From Cuniculiplasma divulgatum (GTDB lineage: Archaea; Thermoplasmatota; Thermoplasmata; Thermoplasmatales; Thermoplasmataceae): DNA of 32,000 bases. The position numbers and the translations under genes are program-made. Below are positions 10,756-20,703 of the stretch, piece by piece. How positions within the stretch are numbered: position 1 is the first letter of the stretch; each line of letters begins with the position of its first letter. The notes beneath the pieces were generated by a model. The model made no database searches. It worked only from the letters and a program-made list of their open reading frames with translations, and had not been told where the DNA came from. The stretch spans positions 150,001 to 182,000 of the forward strand of contig NZ_LT671858.1 of the NCBI RefSeq assembly GCF_900083515.1, given 5' to 3'.

Positions 10756-11994
10756 TTACACACTGAATCTTGATGGAGAGAAGAGATCAAATTCTTCAGG
10801 TATTTTCCCACCATCAATCAGTATGGAAGCCAGCCTTCCCATCTCACCTGAATGCATTACCCCCTGTCTGCAGTTACCTGTTGCCCAGAAGAGATTGGTG
10901 AATTTTGAAGACTTTCCAAGGATGGCCAGACTATCAGGTGTGCAGGGTCTCATTCCTGAACTTTTACTTGCAGGTTCTATTCCATCCAGAAATTTGAACT
11001 TATCACTCATTACTCTCTTAAGGTATTCAAAGCGTTCAGCTGGTGGTTTGAATGACTGCCCTCTAAACTCGAAGAAGCTTGTCGCCTTGAGACTGTTACC
11101 CATTGGTATTGCATACACACCATCCTCACTAAATTCAACAGGCATATGAGGTCTTTCCTTTACATCATCATATGTAATACTGTGACCCCACCCTGGGGCA
11201 AGTGGCAGCTTCAGACCAAACATGGAGGCAATTACGGTGCTACCCATTCCAGATGAGATAAGAAATTCATCGCCTTTTATAGCATCACCACCAGAAACAA
11301 CGTGTTTCACTGAGCTACCATTCATTTTTACACTTTCAATATCATTCTCAATTACCTCAATGCCTGATTCCCTGTTAATCCTCCTCATTTCGCTTAGTAG
11401 TTTTCTAGGATTAAGTGAAGATTCTTCCGGGTAATAAATGCCAGATAGCTTTTTTGTTCCAAGTGCGGGCTCCCTTTCAAGGCATTGTTCAGGTAAAAGA
11501 ACCTCAAATTTAACTGTTCCATCTTTCCTTAACTCTTCTGAAATCTTTGTCATCTCTTCCTGAGTTTTGAAGGTTTGCAACAATCCGGTATGTACAATAT
11601 CAATACCCATACTGTAATTCTCAACAAATTCATCCAGAATTTTCATCGATCCAGTAGTCAGCATATACTGGCTTTTCTTCCCACTTTCAGATAAAATCTT
11701 ATGCCTGCTTCTTGAATAAGCAGAAAACCATGATAAATTGGAAAGCATGAATCCCATGCCAAGCCTGACAGGGGAATCTCTCCTGAAGAGCCACTTCATA
11801 TTGCCTTTCAACCCCTCATAATCAGGAAGAGGAAAACTTAACCCTGGTCCCACAAGTCCTGCGCTTGACCATGCAGCCGAATTCGTGATTTTCTTGCCTG
11901 AAATCCATTTTACACTGTTTCCACTTTTCCTGAGAAAATATGAGGAAAAGGCCCCAACAGGTCCCCCACCGACAACAACTATATTTTCATTCAA
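10756..11994 (-). CDS. FAD-dependent oxidoreductase (DAO/DadA-like family)
   Basis: N-terminal dinucleotide-binding motif VVVGGGPVGAF and a length of 412 aa typical of the DAO family. Confidence 0.75.
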   Translation of the reverse strand: MNENIVVVGGGPVGAFSSYFLRKSGNSVKWISGKKITNSAAWSSAGLVGPGLSFPLPDYEGLKGNMKWLFRRDSPVRLGMGFMLSNLSWFSAYSRSRHKILSESGKKSQYMLTTGSMKILDEFVENYSMGIDIVHTGLLQTFKTQEEMTKISEELRKDGTVKFEVLLPEQCLEREPALGTKKLSGIYYPEESSLNPRKLLSEMRRINRESGIEVIENDIESVKMNGSSVKHVVSGGDAIKGDEFLISSGMGSTVIASMFGLKLPLAPGWGHSITYDDVKERPHMPVEFSEDGVYAIPMGNSLKATSFFEFRGQSFKPPAERFEYLKRVMSDKFKFLDGIEPASKSSGMRPCTPDSLAILGKSSKFTNLFWATGNCRQGVMHSGEMGRLASILIDGGKIPEEFDLFSPSRFSV

Positions 11995-12182
11995 TTCAGG
12001 AATGAGATCAATTGCCTAATTAAGGTTTTGGAAAAGGGTGTTAGCCATTCAGTCAATAAGTTTCTCTCAGAATAAAAAAAATTATTTAATTTAAATTCAC
12101 TATATATTATCATTATCATTTATTAGTCTCTGTATGTCTATATATTTTATATATACTATTAAGAAAATCTATAAGGAAAATC

Positions 12183-13709
12183 ATGCAATCTACTTCTATC
12201 GGGAACGGGATGGAAAATAATATTCTTGGAGGTCTAGATAATTCAGGTCTTAGAAGAGGTCATGTCAAGACAATGTTTGTAGCAGGTATGGGATTCTTTA
12301 CAGATGCCTATTTACTGTTTGTTCTTACTGTAGCAAGTCCAATACTAGCATCAACCTATGGTTTCAATCTGGTAGCAATAAAGGGAACAACCAATCTTCT
12401 AGGATTTCAGGTTCTTAATATTCAGATAATAGAAGGTCTGATCTCATCAGCGGTACTGTTTGGAGCATTCTTTGGAGCAATGGTATTTGGACATATTGCA
12501 GATAGATATGGAAGGAAGAAAATCTATGGTTTAGAACTTAGTATCATGATAATATTTACGATCCTTTCCGCTCTTTCGGTTAATTACCCAATGCTCATAA
12601 TAACAAGATTCATTGTTGGTATAGGTGTTGGTGGAGATTACCCAATAAGTTCAACAATAATGAGTGAGTATTCAAGCAGTAAACACAGGGGCAAACTGGT
12701 AAGCATGGTATTTGCAATGCAGGGATTCGGTCTTGTATCCGGTGCTTTGGTAGGACTCGGATCAATATACATACTTCCAATAGCAGATTCATGGAGACTA
12801 ATGCTCGCCTTCGGTGCAATACCAGCAATATATGTGGTATATCTGAGAAGAAAGCTGATGGAAACACCAAGATTCTCATTACAGGTCGAGGGAAACAAGG
12901 GTGCAGCTGAAAAAGCAATCTCAACAATAACTGGTGTTGGTGCTGGTTCAGTAGATCAGACCATAACAAAGGTAAAGAAATTGAGCAGTAAAGATTATAT
13001 GCATTCACTGAGAAAGTACCTAATATTTGTGCTAGGAACCACAATTTCCTGGTTCATATTCGATATGGCTTTTTACGGAACCACATTAAATAATGGATTC
13101 ATACTTCAACAGATAGGATATGGTTCTTCTGCTTCCCTTAGAACTACCATATTCAACACTGCAATAGGTGATACAATACTGGCAGGTGCTTTTGCACTTC
13201 CAGGATACTGGATATCGGTTGGGTTGATAGACAAAGCCGGAAGGAGGTTGCTTCAATGGTTAGGATTTGCGGTGATGGCTATTTCCTACATTGTACTTGG
13301 TTTTGAATACTCATTCCTTAAAACCGATATTGATCTCTTCATAATGGTCTTTGGAGTATCATACCTGTTTGGAAACATAGGTCCAAACACAACAACATTC
13401 ATCCTTCCAACAGAACTCTTCCCAACAAAAATAAGATCTACAGCCCATGGAATTGCAGCATCAATTGCAAAACTTGGTGCTGGAATATTTACATTCCTTT
13501 TCCTTATACTTGGAACAGCACTTGGAAATGGTGGTGAATTCGAGCTACTTGGAGCAATGGCAGCTATAGGAGCAGTTGTAACATTGCTGACAATACGTGA
13601 AACAAAGGGATTGAGTCTGGAAGTATCATCAGAAGATCCTGCAGAAGGCGTTTGGGATTTTAAGCCAAATCAGCCAATATCTGTAGAATCTGCAACTAAG
13701 GGTCAATAA
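12183..13709 (+). CDS. MFS inorganic phosphate:H+ symporter (Pho84/PHT1/PiPT-like, PHS family)
   Basis: GHIADRYGRKK (MFS motif A) and GVGGDYPISSTIMSEYSSSKHRGKLVSMVFAMQGFG, which closely resembles the PHS-family signature. Confidence 0.8.
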   Translation: MQSTSIGNGMENNILGGLDNSGLRRGHVKTMFVAGMGFFTDAYLLFVLTVASPILASTYGFNLVAIKGTTNLLGFQVLNIQIIEGLISSAVLFGAFFGAMVFGHIADRYGRKKIYGLELSIMIIFTILSALSVNYPMLIITRFIVGIGVGGDYPISSTIMSEYSSSKHRGKLVSMVFAMQGFGLVSGALVGLGSIYILPIADSWRLMLAFGAIPAIYVVYLRRKLMETPRFSLQVEGNKGAAEKAISTITGVGAGSVDQTITKVKKLSSKDYMHSLRKYLIFVLGTTISWFIFDMAFYGTTLNNGFILQQIGYGSSASLRTTIFNTAIGDTILAGAFALPGYWISVGLIDKAGRRLLQWLGFAVMAISYIVLGFEYSFLKTDIDLFIMVFGVSYLFGNIGPNTTTFILPTELFPTKIRSTAHGIAASIAKLGAGIFTFLFLILGTALGNGGEFELLGAMAAIGAVVTLLTIRETKGLSLEVSSEDPAEGVWDFKPNQPISVESATKGQ

Positions 13710-13928
13710 CAATTGATCACAAAAATTTAGAGCAATACTAAAATTTAAAATATTTATAGTTTTTTGAAACATTCTTGAAGTGTTAAGTCTCATTTAAATT
13801 TTAAAATTATATACCATTTACCAGAAACAACGTCACTCTCAATAGTAGTATTCATTACAAATATGTGCACTATTATTCCCTAATCAGAAACTGGAAATCA
13901 CTATATATGCAAACTATATGTTCTGTTA

Positions 13929-14363
13929 ATGAAACCCTTCAAACTTGATCAACTCGATCTGGATATCATAGAGATAATGGAGGAAGACTGTTCACTGACA
14001 TATAACGATATCGCAGAAAGAACAGGAAAGAATCTCTGGACAGTAAGGGACAGGATGGTACTTTTGAAACAGAGAGGTATAGTAAAGGGATGCAGGGGTG
14101 ATATAGATTACACAAAGCTAGGCATGGGATGCAAGGCATACATATCATTCAACATTCCGGCTGAGAAAATAGATGAATTTGTATCCTTTGTAAAAGGAGA
14201 AAAGAGGATCAAGAAACTCACAATTACCACAGGTTCGAGGAGATTCAGCATACATATTATTGGGGAAGAATGCGGTGAAATAAGGAATTATGCCAGAAAA
14301 ATACTTCCAGCATTTGGTGTATATGACGTGGACTTTGAGGTTATACTGGATGAAGTACCATAG
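13929..14363 (+). CDS. Lrp/AsnC-family transcriptional regulator
   Basis: 144 aa. The N-terminal HTH is LDLDIIEIMEEDCSLTYNDIAERTGKNLWTVRDRMVLLKQRGIVKG, and the C-terminal part looks like a RAM-like domain. Confidence 0.85.
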   Translation: MKPFKLDQLDLDIIEIMEEDCSLTYNDIAERTGKNLWTVRDRMVLLKQRGIVKGCRGDIDYTKLGMGCKAYISFNIPAEKIDEFVSFVKGEKRIKKLTITTGSRRFSIHIIGEECGEIRNYARKILPAFGVYDVDFEVILDEVP

Positions 14364-14434
14364 ATACACAGAAGTGCGTCACAAAATTACATGAATGAAT
14401 CAAAACACAATTTTTGTTTAAATTCAAATCAATA

Positions 14435-15208
14435 ATGAAATTTTTTGCCAGACATTACTTAGTACAAATAACACATCCTTTGATCATGACAGACGAAATG
14501 GAAGAAATAGAAAGATTTGCAAAGTCGACTCTTGGAGGAATGCCAGAAGTTATAAAGCTGCTCGGCCACCATAACGTGGAACTGGCCAAGGAACAGTTCA
14601 GAGAGAATAATGAAATGTATCTCGGGAGAAAGTATGTTCAGAAAAAAACACTGGCTCTAATGGCGATGTCAGTATCACTATCAAATGGTCAGGAAAGCTC
14701 CGCCATGATACATTTCAAGCTTGCTCAGAATTTTGGGGCTGAAATGTTGGAGATACTGGATTCCATAAAAGTTGCAAAAATGGTTGTAATGGCTTCAACA
14801 ATGTCAGTAATGACTGCAATATTACCAGTTGTACAGAAAAGGAATGTGAAAGCATCGGACGATGTTGAAATAAAGAAGATACTGGCCAAGATCCAGTCAG
14901 AATCACACATGGAATCTCTTCCGGAAGATCTCGTATCACTCGCTTCAATTTCATTTGGACTTTTGGATGAACATCTGAAGGAGAAGTCAGAGTTACTTTC
15001 ACCGTTTATAATGAGCCAGAAAGATGTCTTTCTTATAGCATTTGCAGATGCTGTTTCTATAAGATACCCAGAATGTGCAAAGGTGTATCTATCACAGTTC
15101 TTTATAAAGGGAGGAACAGAGAAGGAAATGGAAGATGCACTGTTTCTTACAAGATTCATAACAGGGAACAGAACACTTACTTCCGCTACGGGGATACTGA
15201 AATGGTAA
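14435..15208 (+). CDS. Helical protein, possibly carboxymuconolactone decarboxylase (CMD/AhpD-like) fold; function unknown
   Basis: Weak by-eye resemblance to CMD repeats, and there is no CxxH motif. The ORF track starts at TTG 14414; the ATG at 14435 is in frame. Confidence 0.35.
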   Translation: MKFFARHYLVQITHPLIMTDEMEEIERFAKSTLGGMPEVIKLLGHHNVELAKEQFRENNEMYLGRKYVQKKTLALMAMSVSLSNGQESSAMIHFKLAQNFGAEMLEILDSIKVAKMVVMASTMSVMTAILPVVQKRNVKASDDVEIKKILAKIQSESHMESLPEDLVSLASISFGLLDEHLKEKSELLSPFIMSQKDVFLIAFADAVSIRYPECAKVYLSQFFIKGGTEKEMEDALFLTRFITGNRTLTSATGILKW

Positions 15209-15236
15209 ACTGCAAACACGATTATATTCTGAGGGA

Positions 15237-16307
15237 ATGAAAATGAGGAAAAGTACACTAAATATGTTTGGGTCAGAGTGGTTCGGGATAGCCATATCAA
15301 CTTTGGCTCTTTCACAGATATATATTCTTTCATATGGAGAAACAGGAAATGTATGGTATAATTACCTTGCTGAGGCGTTTTCCATAACAGGAATCATCCT
15401 ATTTCTTGTAATCCTGGTAATATGGATTATACGTGGGCTCGCTATAAGGGATAAGGTGTTTACCCACTGGAACAATCTTACGAGGCTGAGTTTTGTAGCA
15501 CTCATCCCGATTATAGGTTTTGTGGCTAATTATCAGTTGATATATTTCTTTGGCCTTTCCGGATGGTCAGCAGATCTATCCGTCCTGAACTTCTATGGTG
15601 AGTACCTCTTTGCACTTATTATTGGTGTTCTGCTTGGTTATCGACTATACACAAAGGAAATCAATCCCAGGGAAATGAACTATGCAATTGTGATCCCACC
15701 CCTTGCAATAGGAACAAGTGTTTTTCTTGCGACACCTCTCATGAAGTATTTTGGAGGTTTTGAAGCACAATCTATGTATTTTCTCGTCCTGATGGGACTT
15801 GGTATATTCTTCTTTCTGTACATATTTATAGGTTCGCTCGCATTATCCGGGCACGTAACTACCAAGGTTCATGATACACTCCCAACCACGATGCTTCCAG
15901 TGGGTATTGCAAGTCTAATAATCATAAATATATTCACAATTTCAGGGTTCAAAGTAATAGGCAATATCTCCCTTTCAGCATCCACAGTAGAACTTGTTTC
16001 TATATTGCTATGGGGATTTGAAGTCTGGAACTTTTTGGTGGTTCTTATACTTATATTCACTAAACCATCAAGAGGAACACTCAGTGTCTGGGCATATGGA
16101 TTTCCTCTTGGTCTTTTTGCAACATCCACAATGAAAATATTTGATTTCACAAGTTATTCTGCACTGCTCTGGGCATTTATTGGAATATCAGCTGCACTGA
16201 ATATACTGTGGGTTTACGCATGGATCAACACTGTCTCATTCATTAGATCAAAGTTGAGGGAAGAGGTTAGGGAAAAAAATGCAACTGTATCGGGAAGGAT
16301 CGAATGA
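15237..16307 (+). CDS. TDT-family (TehA/Mae1/SLAC1-like) anion/C4-dicarboxylate transporter
   Basis: 356 aa with about 10 TM helices. The N-terminal WFGIAISTLALS motif resembles that of the TDT family. Confidence 0.55.
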   Translation: MKMRKSTLNMFGSEWFGIAISTLALSQIYILSYGETGNVWYNYLAEAFSITGIILFLVILVIWIIRGLAIRDKVFTHWNNLTRLSFVALIPIIGFVANYQLIYFFGLSGWSADLSVLNFYGEYLFALIIGVLLGYRLYTKEINPREMNYAIVIPPLAIGTSVFLATPLMKYFGGFEAQSMYFLVLMGLGIFFFLYIFIGSLALSGHVTTKVHDTLPTTMLPVGIASLIIINIFTISGFKVIGNISLSASTVELVSILLWGFEVWNFLVVLILIFTKPSRGTLSVWAYGFPLGLFATSTMKIFDFTSYSALLWAFIGISAALNILWVYAWINTVSFIRSKLREEVREKNATVSGRIE

Positions 16308-16480
16308 CATTCTTCCATCTTTACTATTTAATCATTCAAAATTCATATTGATTTGAAAGTAGAAGAGTTTCTCTCAAAAAGCTTTTCACCAGCTTAGAAA
16401 AACAATATGAAATAATTCCGAATTCTTTCTAATAATTACAAATCAAAGATTTTTTATTTTTGTGTAAAGTACAATAGAAA

Positions 16481-16492
16481 TGGGCCCGACCG
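16481..16492. repeat. 12-nt exact copy (tgggcccgaccg) of the 3' end of tRNA-Val at 28815-28826; candidate att remnant and island boundary
   Basis: Direct comparison of the two sites. The copy is followed by cgagccc, which equals the other acceptor-stem strand of the same tRNA (28880-28886). It lies in the 330-bp intergenic gap between the TDT transporter and the GNAT gene. Confidence 0.5.
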
Positions 16493-16638
16493 AGCCCGTT
16501 TAAACTTTTAAGCAAATCCTGTAATATTAGAGATAGGTAGAGTCCCATTTACAACTGTAAGCAAGTCTTCTTTTGTATGAGTAACATGGTGTCCATTAAA
16601 TGAACATATGAATTTGGCCCAGAAGAATTTTCTATAAA

Positions 16639-17124
16639 TTATGATTCGTATTTTTTTTCCATTATAAAATCGCTTCCATCAGTATCCTCAACCTTGAATC
16701 CGTTCTTATAATAGAACGAAAATCCCACAGAATTTTGTCTGTGAACATATAGTCTGCATTCCAGAATACCTTTTTTCTTCATAATTTTCTCTGCCTCTAA
16801 CAGTAATGTTTTTCCAATCTTCTTGTGCGTGTATTCCGGTTTAAGATATAAGCGAAGTAATTCAGCTTTATTAGCAATAATCTTCAATTCAATAAATCCA
16901 ATTAACGTCGAATCTGCAAAAGCTCCGAGGAATAATATATCAAGGTTAGATTGAGATCTTACTATTTCATTTAGCAGTTTTTCCTTAGAATATTTCTCCC
17001 TTATCCAACTCTCGATATATTCCTCACTGTATATGCCTGCGTAAGTCCATTTCCATGATTCTCTAGCAACTTCAATCAGAGTTTCTAGATCCTCAATAGA
17101 TAATTTCCTAATTTCTATGGACAT
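16639..17124 (-). CDS. GNAT-family N-acetyltransferase
   Basis: 161 aa. It has an acetyl-CoA-binding-like segment (HKKIGKTLLLEAEKIMKKKG) and a C-terminal YYKNGF motif. It overlaps the upstream MFS gene by 17 nt. Confidence 0.85.
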   Translation of the reverse strand: MSIEIRKLSIEDLETLIEVARESWKWTYAGIYSEEYIESWIREKYSKEKLLNEIVRSQSNLDILFLGAFADSTLIGFIELKIIANKAELLRLYLKPEYTHKKIGKTLLLEAEKIMKKKGILECRLYVHRQNSVGFSFYYKNGFKVEDTDGSDFIMEKKYES

Positions 17125-18313
17125 GGGTAATTGTTCGCCTCCAAATAATTATTAATATTATTGCTAGTGAAAAGGTTGAAATTAAGAAAAATGTATTATG
17201 ATAGCCAGTAAACTGCACCAAAATTCCGGTTATTGGTGCAGACAAAAATGTTAAGCCAGTAGCAAGGCTATTATAATAACCTTGAATTGTTCCCGTTATC
17301 TCTTCAGGAACATTATTTTGAATTCCGGAGAAAATTATAATTTCACTAACCCCAATAGATATCCCAATTATAAACATAGGCAGAAGAACGTATATAAATT
17401 GAGTAATGTAACTTAGTGCTATAAGCATTACCGCCAATACAGCTATTGACCAAAAGACTCTGTTCAATCTCGGAAATCCTTCCTTTCTTTCTAAAAAGGA
17501 TCCTATGGAAATCCCTAACGTAAGTATAAGATATATAACAGAGAGGTACAACGCTGGTAGTTGGAATATTCTAACCACCATTACAGTAGTCAAAACTCCA
17601 AACATACCGAATATAAAATTAACCAGAAATCCCTCTGTAAAAAGGACTAAAACTATTGGAGATTTTCTTATAAAGTTCAAAGGGTCACTTAACTTTCTAG
17701 CACCAGCCTTTAGCTGGTGTCTTTTAGGTTCTTCGTAAACTTTGATGAGAGAAATTGGGATTGTTGAGGTCAGGTAAATAAGTAATACAAATATTAATGT
17801 AAACGTTACTCCTGTTGAAATTAAAAAGCCTACTAAAATGTAACCTAATCCTTCTGAAATGTTGTATAAAATATTTGAAAAAGCCCTGTATCTTTTTACT
17901 TTCTCTCCTTCTTTTAAGAATTTCTTTATCCAGACTGCTCTAACGGAGTTAATAAAATCAGATGTCAGTCCAACCGAAAATGCGAACAAGAATAGAAAGA
18001 TAATAAGGAACGCTTTTTGGTTAAAGAGAAAAGTGAATAATAAAGGCACCACTGAACAAGCCCGAATAAGAGAAAACAGGATTGCTATAAATTTTTTATG
18101 TATACTATTATCCACAAAAGAGCCCACAGCAAAGCTCAAAAATAATGGTAACGTAACAAGTCCGTCGGCAATTCCAGTATAGACCGGGGAATGCGTGACC
18201 GTAAAAGAGACCCACAGAATGCTAATATAAAAGATGGCAGTAGCTATTCGAGATAGAGAAATACTTGAAGCAGTAAACATATAGTTTCTAATATCGCGGT
18301 TCATATTAGTCAT
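17108..18313 (-). CDS. MFS_3 / EntS-like efflux transporter (the 'transmembrane secretion effector' type)
   Basis: 401 aa with about 12 TM helices. The N-terminus (RNYMFTASSISLSRIATAIFYISILWVSFTVTHSPVYTGIADGLVTLP) resembles the EntS/MFS_3 pattern. It lies 20 nt downstream of the SagB-like pair. Confidence 0.65.
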   Translation of the reverse strand: MTNMNRDIRNYMFTASSISLSRIATAIFYISILWVSFTVTHSPVYTGIADGLVTLPLFLSFAVGSFVDNSIHKKFIAILFSLIRACSVVPLLFTFLFNQKAFLIIFLFLFAFSVGLTSDFINSVRAVWIKKFLKEGEKVKRYRAFSNILYNISEGLGYILVGFLISTGVTFTLIFVLLIYLTSTIPISLIKVYEEPKRHQLKAGARKLSDPLNFIRKSPIVLVLFTEGFLVNFIFGMFGVLTTVMVVRIFQLPALYLSVIYLILTLGISIGSFLERKEGFPRLNRVFWSIAVLAVMLIALSYITQFIYVLLPMFIIGISIGVSEIIIFSGIQNNVPEEITGTIQGYYNSLATGLTFLSAPITGILVQFTGYHNTFFLISTFSLAIILIIIWRRTITHVHRN

Positions 18314-18332
18314 AAATAATTTACATTAAATT

Positions 18333-19442
18333 TTAAATCTCATTAACCCATTGCAAGTTTAATATGTTGCTGGAGGTGTTGTCCATAAGTAAAGAAGGTG
18401 AAGGTTTTTTTCCGACCGTTATCGTATACAATACAAATTGTTTGTTCCTTTTCAAACTAAGCATCTTGTCAAATGAAGAATCTCTAGTTGCGGGTGTTGG
18501 TAACGAACCAAACCCCATTCGCTCCGCTTCAAATATCAATCTCTGAGCTATTCTTCCCGCTTCTATGAATATGTTTCTAAGTGCCCTTTCATGCCTATAT
18601 CTCCATTGGTATTGTTCAAAATCAGTAACGAAAAGGATAGTAAAATTAGCTGTTTTTGGTGCTTGATGCCACCATAAATTATGTATCATCTCCTCTCTAA
18701 AATCTCCAGACTTTAATTCGGAAAGGAAATGGTCCTTTACGTCATAAAGGTATATTCCATTTTGTAAGTGATTAATATTATAGGCAATCACGTAAAAATC
18801 AAATTCTGTTCCATGGCTTGCAAAATAATCTAAAGGGTCTTCATAACTGAGGTTTCTAACGTGCCTAACTCTTGAAAGAGCATTCCATAAAATACTAGAA
18901 AAATCCTCTAGTTTCATTGATTCATTTTGAAAAATTCTGGTCGTTCTTCTGCCTAAGAGTACATTTTTTAAGTTTACCTCTTCTAGACCTACATTTTTAG
19001 GTATTGGCATTTTAATTTTTGTAAATTCGAGGGATTCGACAATCCTATCCGGCAAACTATTTTCACTTAAATATGCATTTATCAAACCTCTTCTTAGGTC
19101 TCCTGAATAATCTTCATCGTCAATGAATTTCACCTTTTTAGACCACACATAATAAATTAATGAATCGTACCATCCTCTTTTAAACCAATGTAAGATGCTA
19201 TCCAAGTTCTCTGTTTCTGGCTCCTCGTTTGTATTAATTAAAAACCCTATTTCTCTTAAATATGAAAAAATGGTTAAATCAGAATTTCCCATTTGATTAA
19301 ATAAAAGAAATTCTATGAATGCGTCTAATTTAATTTTTATTCTCTTATAAAGTAAAGGATTTGAAATTATAAGTCTAGATGGTTCAGTAAAATTATCAAT
19401 AGTTGTCAATTCTTTCCATTTAATATTTTCAAGTGTTTTCAA
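18333..19442 (-). CDS. SagB/ThcOx-type nitroreductase-fold dehydrogenase, paralogue B, with an extra N-terminal ~150-aa domain
   Basis: LLGRRTTRIF (the RRSxR FMN-phosphate motif) and C-terminal IEAGRIAQRLIFEAERMGFGSLPTPA, typical of the nitroreductase fold. The PSxG motif is degenerate (ASHGTEF). The start is TTG at 19442, with GAGGAG 7 nt upstream. Confidence 0.75.
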   Translation of the reverse strand: MKTLENIKWKELTTIDNFTEPSRLIISNPLLYKRIKIKLDAFIEFLLFNQMGNSDLTIFSYLREIGFLINTNEEPETENLDSILHWFKRGWYDSLIYYVWSKKVKFIDDEDYSGDLRRGLINAYLSENSLPDRIVESLEFTKIKMPIPKNVGLEEVNLKNVLLGRRTTRIFQNESMKLEDFSSILWNALSRVRHVRNLSYEDPLDYFASHGTEFDFYVIAYNINHLQNGIYLYDVKDHFLSELKSGDFREEMIHNLWWHQAPKTANFTILFVTDFEQYQWRYRHERALRNIFIEAGRIAQRLIFEAERMGFGSLPTPATRDSSFDKMLSLKRNKQFVLYTITVGKKPSPSLLMDNTSSNILNLQWVNEI

Positions 19443-19455
19443 AACTTCATCTCCT

Positions 19456-20517
19456 CTAGTTTCCTATAGCCATAGATGCCATATAGCCTTCTTTCAATGG
19501 GCTTAATCCTAGAAATTTTTCTATCCCTTCATCATTAGCTGAATATTGAACTAAATACTTATATCCTAACTTTTCACATATGATTTCAGTTGTCGCCGCT
19601 AAATGTCCCACGTCCATATGTATAGTTCGGAAAGTCCTAGGTTCTCGATATCTATACATATTTCTCTCAAATATACTGGTAAATATTAAGATTAAATCAA
19701 CATGAAAATCGGGTCGCACATATGTTGTAGGAAAAAGAAGTCTTAGGTCATCTGGGTCTGTTCCACCAATTTTTATTTGTTCAAGTTTGGAATCTTTAAC
19801 AGAAATGTGGTACCACCCAGACTCCAAACCTTCCACATTTATCGCTACAATGTATGTCTCAGTAGGATGTCTGGACCCCCCGGATGGACTGGTTCTCAAT
19901 ATTAGTGGGTCTCCATTCCAATAAACTCTTAAGCTCCCAACTCTTGTATAACCAAGTGATGCCATCGTAAGCAAATCGGCAAAATTGACACATTTTTGCT
20001 TAGAGGTATTAGTTTCTCGTATTTTCACCTCTGTAGCTTTGGGGATGTCATACGAAACCTGCGAATTATATTCCTTATATCTGTTAGAATCAATTTCTTG
20101 ACTACTATAATTAATCATCCGTTGTTTTGCAACATAATCCTCGATAAAGGGATAATCATAAGACACTAGATGATAAAGTAACGCCATATACCAATTATGT
20201 TTATACCAATTATCAAACTCTAAACCAAACACTTCATTAGAACCATCCATTTCTTGTTTAACTTCCAGTAAAAGGTCAGTTGCCATAAGTTTTTTCAGTC
20301 CAAGATGAATAAGCTCATTTTTGATTCCATATTTCTCATAAAAGAAATCTAGAATATCTCCCACAGTATGTGGAATTTTGCAATATAAAAGTATTGCCAA
20401 AGTTGGAGAACTTACCTTATAATTTCTTTTAGTGACCCAATTCCTAACAATCCATAGATCCCCAACAATCCTATCTGGTGGATATATTAGAATTTCGGAA
20501 ACTGATTTAACCTTCAT
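19456..20517 (-). CDS. SagB/ThcOx-type nitroreductase-fold dehydrogenase, paralogue A, with an N-terminal PqqD/RRE-like domain
   Basis: LRTSPSGGSRHPTETYIVA (the SagB signature R..PS.G...P.E.Y) and C-terminal MDVGHLAATTEIICEKLGY...MASMAIG. The N-terminal ~90 aa (WIVRNWVTKRNYKVSSPTLAILLYCKIPHTVGDILDFFYEKYGIKNELIHLGLKKLMATDLLLEV) reads like a PqqD-type peptide-binding wHTH. Confidence 0.8.
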   Translation of the reverse strand: MKVKSVSEILIYPPDRIVGDLWIVRNWVTKRNYKVSSPTLAILLYCKIPHTVGDILDFFYEKYGIKNELIHLGLKKLMATDLLLEVKQEMDGSNEVFGLEFDNWYKHNWYMALLYHLVSYDYPFIEDYVAKQRMINYSSQEIDSNRYKEYNSQVSYDIPKATEVKIRETNTSKQKCVNFADLLTMASLGYTRVGSLRVYWNGDPLILRTSPSGGSRHPTETYIVAINVEGLESGWYHISVKDSKLEQIKIGGTDPDDLRLLFPTTYVRPDFHVDLILIFTSIFERNMYRYREPRTFRTIHMDVGHLAATTEIICEKLGYKYLVQYSANDEGIEKFLGLSPLKEGYMASMAIGN

Positions 20518-20575
20518 TAATTATAATTACTATTACAATGTAATAAGCTTATGTAGTAACAAAAACTAAATAATC

Positions 20576-20583
20576 TTTAAATA
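20576..20583 (+). promoter_or_regulatory. Archaeal TATA box (tttaaata) for the 23-codon ORF
   Basis: It matches the TTTAWATA consensus. It lies about 35 nt upstream of the ATG at 20617, so a transcript start would fall just before the GGAGGTGA at 20605-20612. Confidence 0.45.
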
Positions 20584-20616
20584 AGATTATTCAAATTGAA
20601 ATTTGGAGGTGAAAAA

Positions 20617-20688
20617 ATGACTGATGCGGATTTTGTGGTTGAGGAAGTAAGTTTGGACATGCCAGCCGCCAAGCAAAATGGGGGATAA
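20617..20688 (+). CDS. Unannotated small ORF, 23 aa (MTDAEFVVEEVSLDMPAAKQNGG); candidate precursor peptide
   Basis: My own translation. GGAGGTGA (a full anti-SD complement) sits at 20605-20612, 4 nt before the ATG. The stop is TAA immediately followed by an out-of-frame TGA (taatga). Three oligo-T runs follow within 45 nt. The ORF is divergent from the SagB-like operon, 100 nt away. Confidence 0.55.
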   Translation: MTDADFVVEEVSLDMPAAKQNGG

Positions 20689-20703
20689 TGAAACAATAAT
20701 CAC

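Noticed and set aside
12610-13044. Minus-strand ORFs (144 aa and 86 aa) inside the phosphate transporter gene. Similar short antisense ORFs occur inside the ABC, SBP, GH, MFS, oxidoreductase and integrase genes.
   Set aside because: All are fully embedded antisense to, or out of frame with, genes that have strong family motifs. None has an independent signal.
14725-15333. A 202-aa minus-strand ORF antisense to the 14435-15208 gene.
   Set aside because: Its Ser-rich, low-complexity translation is typical of an antisense shadow frame. The plus-strand product has a natural helical composition and fits the operon with the downstream transporter.
18333-20517. Classifying the SagB-like pair as a standard TOMM (thiazole/oxazole) cluster.
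   Set aside because: No YcaO, cyclodehydratase or docking protein is present in the window, and the candidate peptide has no Cys and no Ser/Thr-rich core. I report it as a non-canonical system instead.
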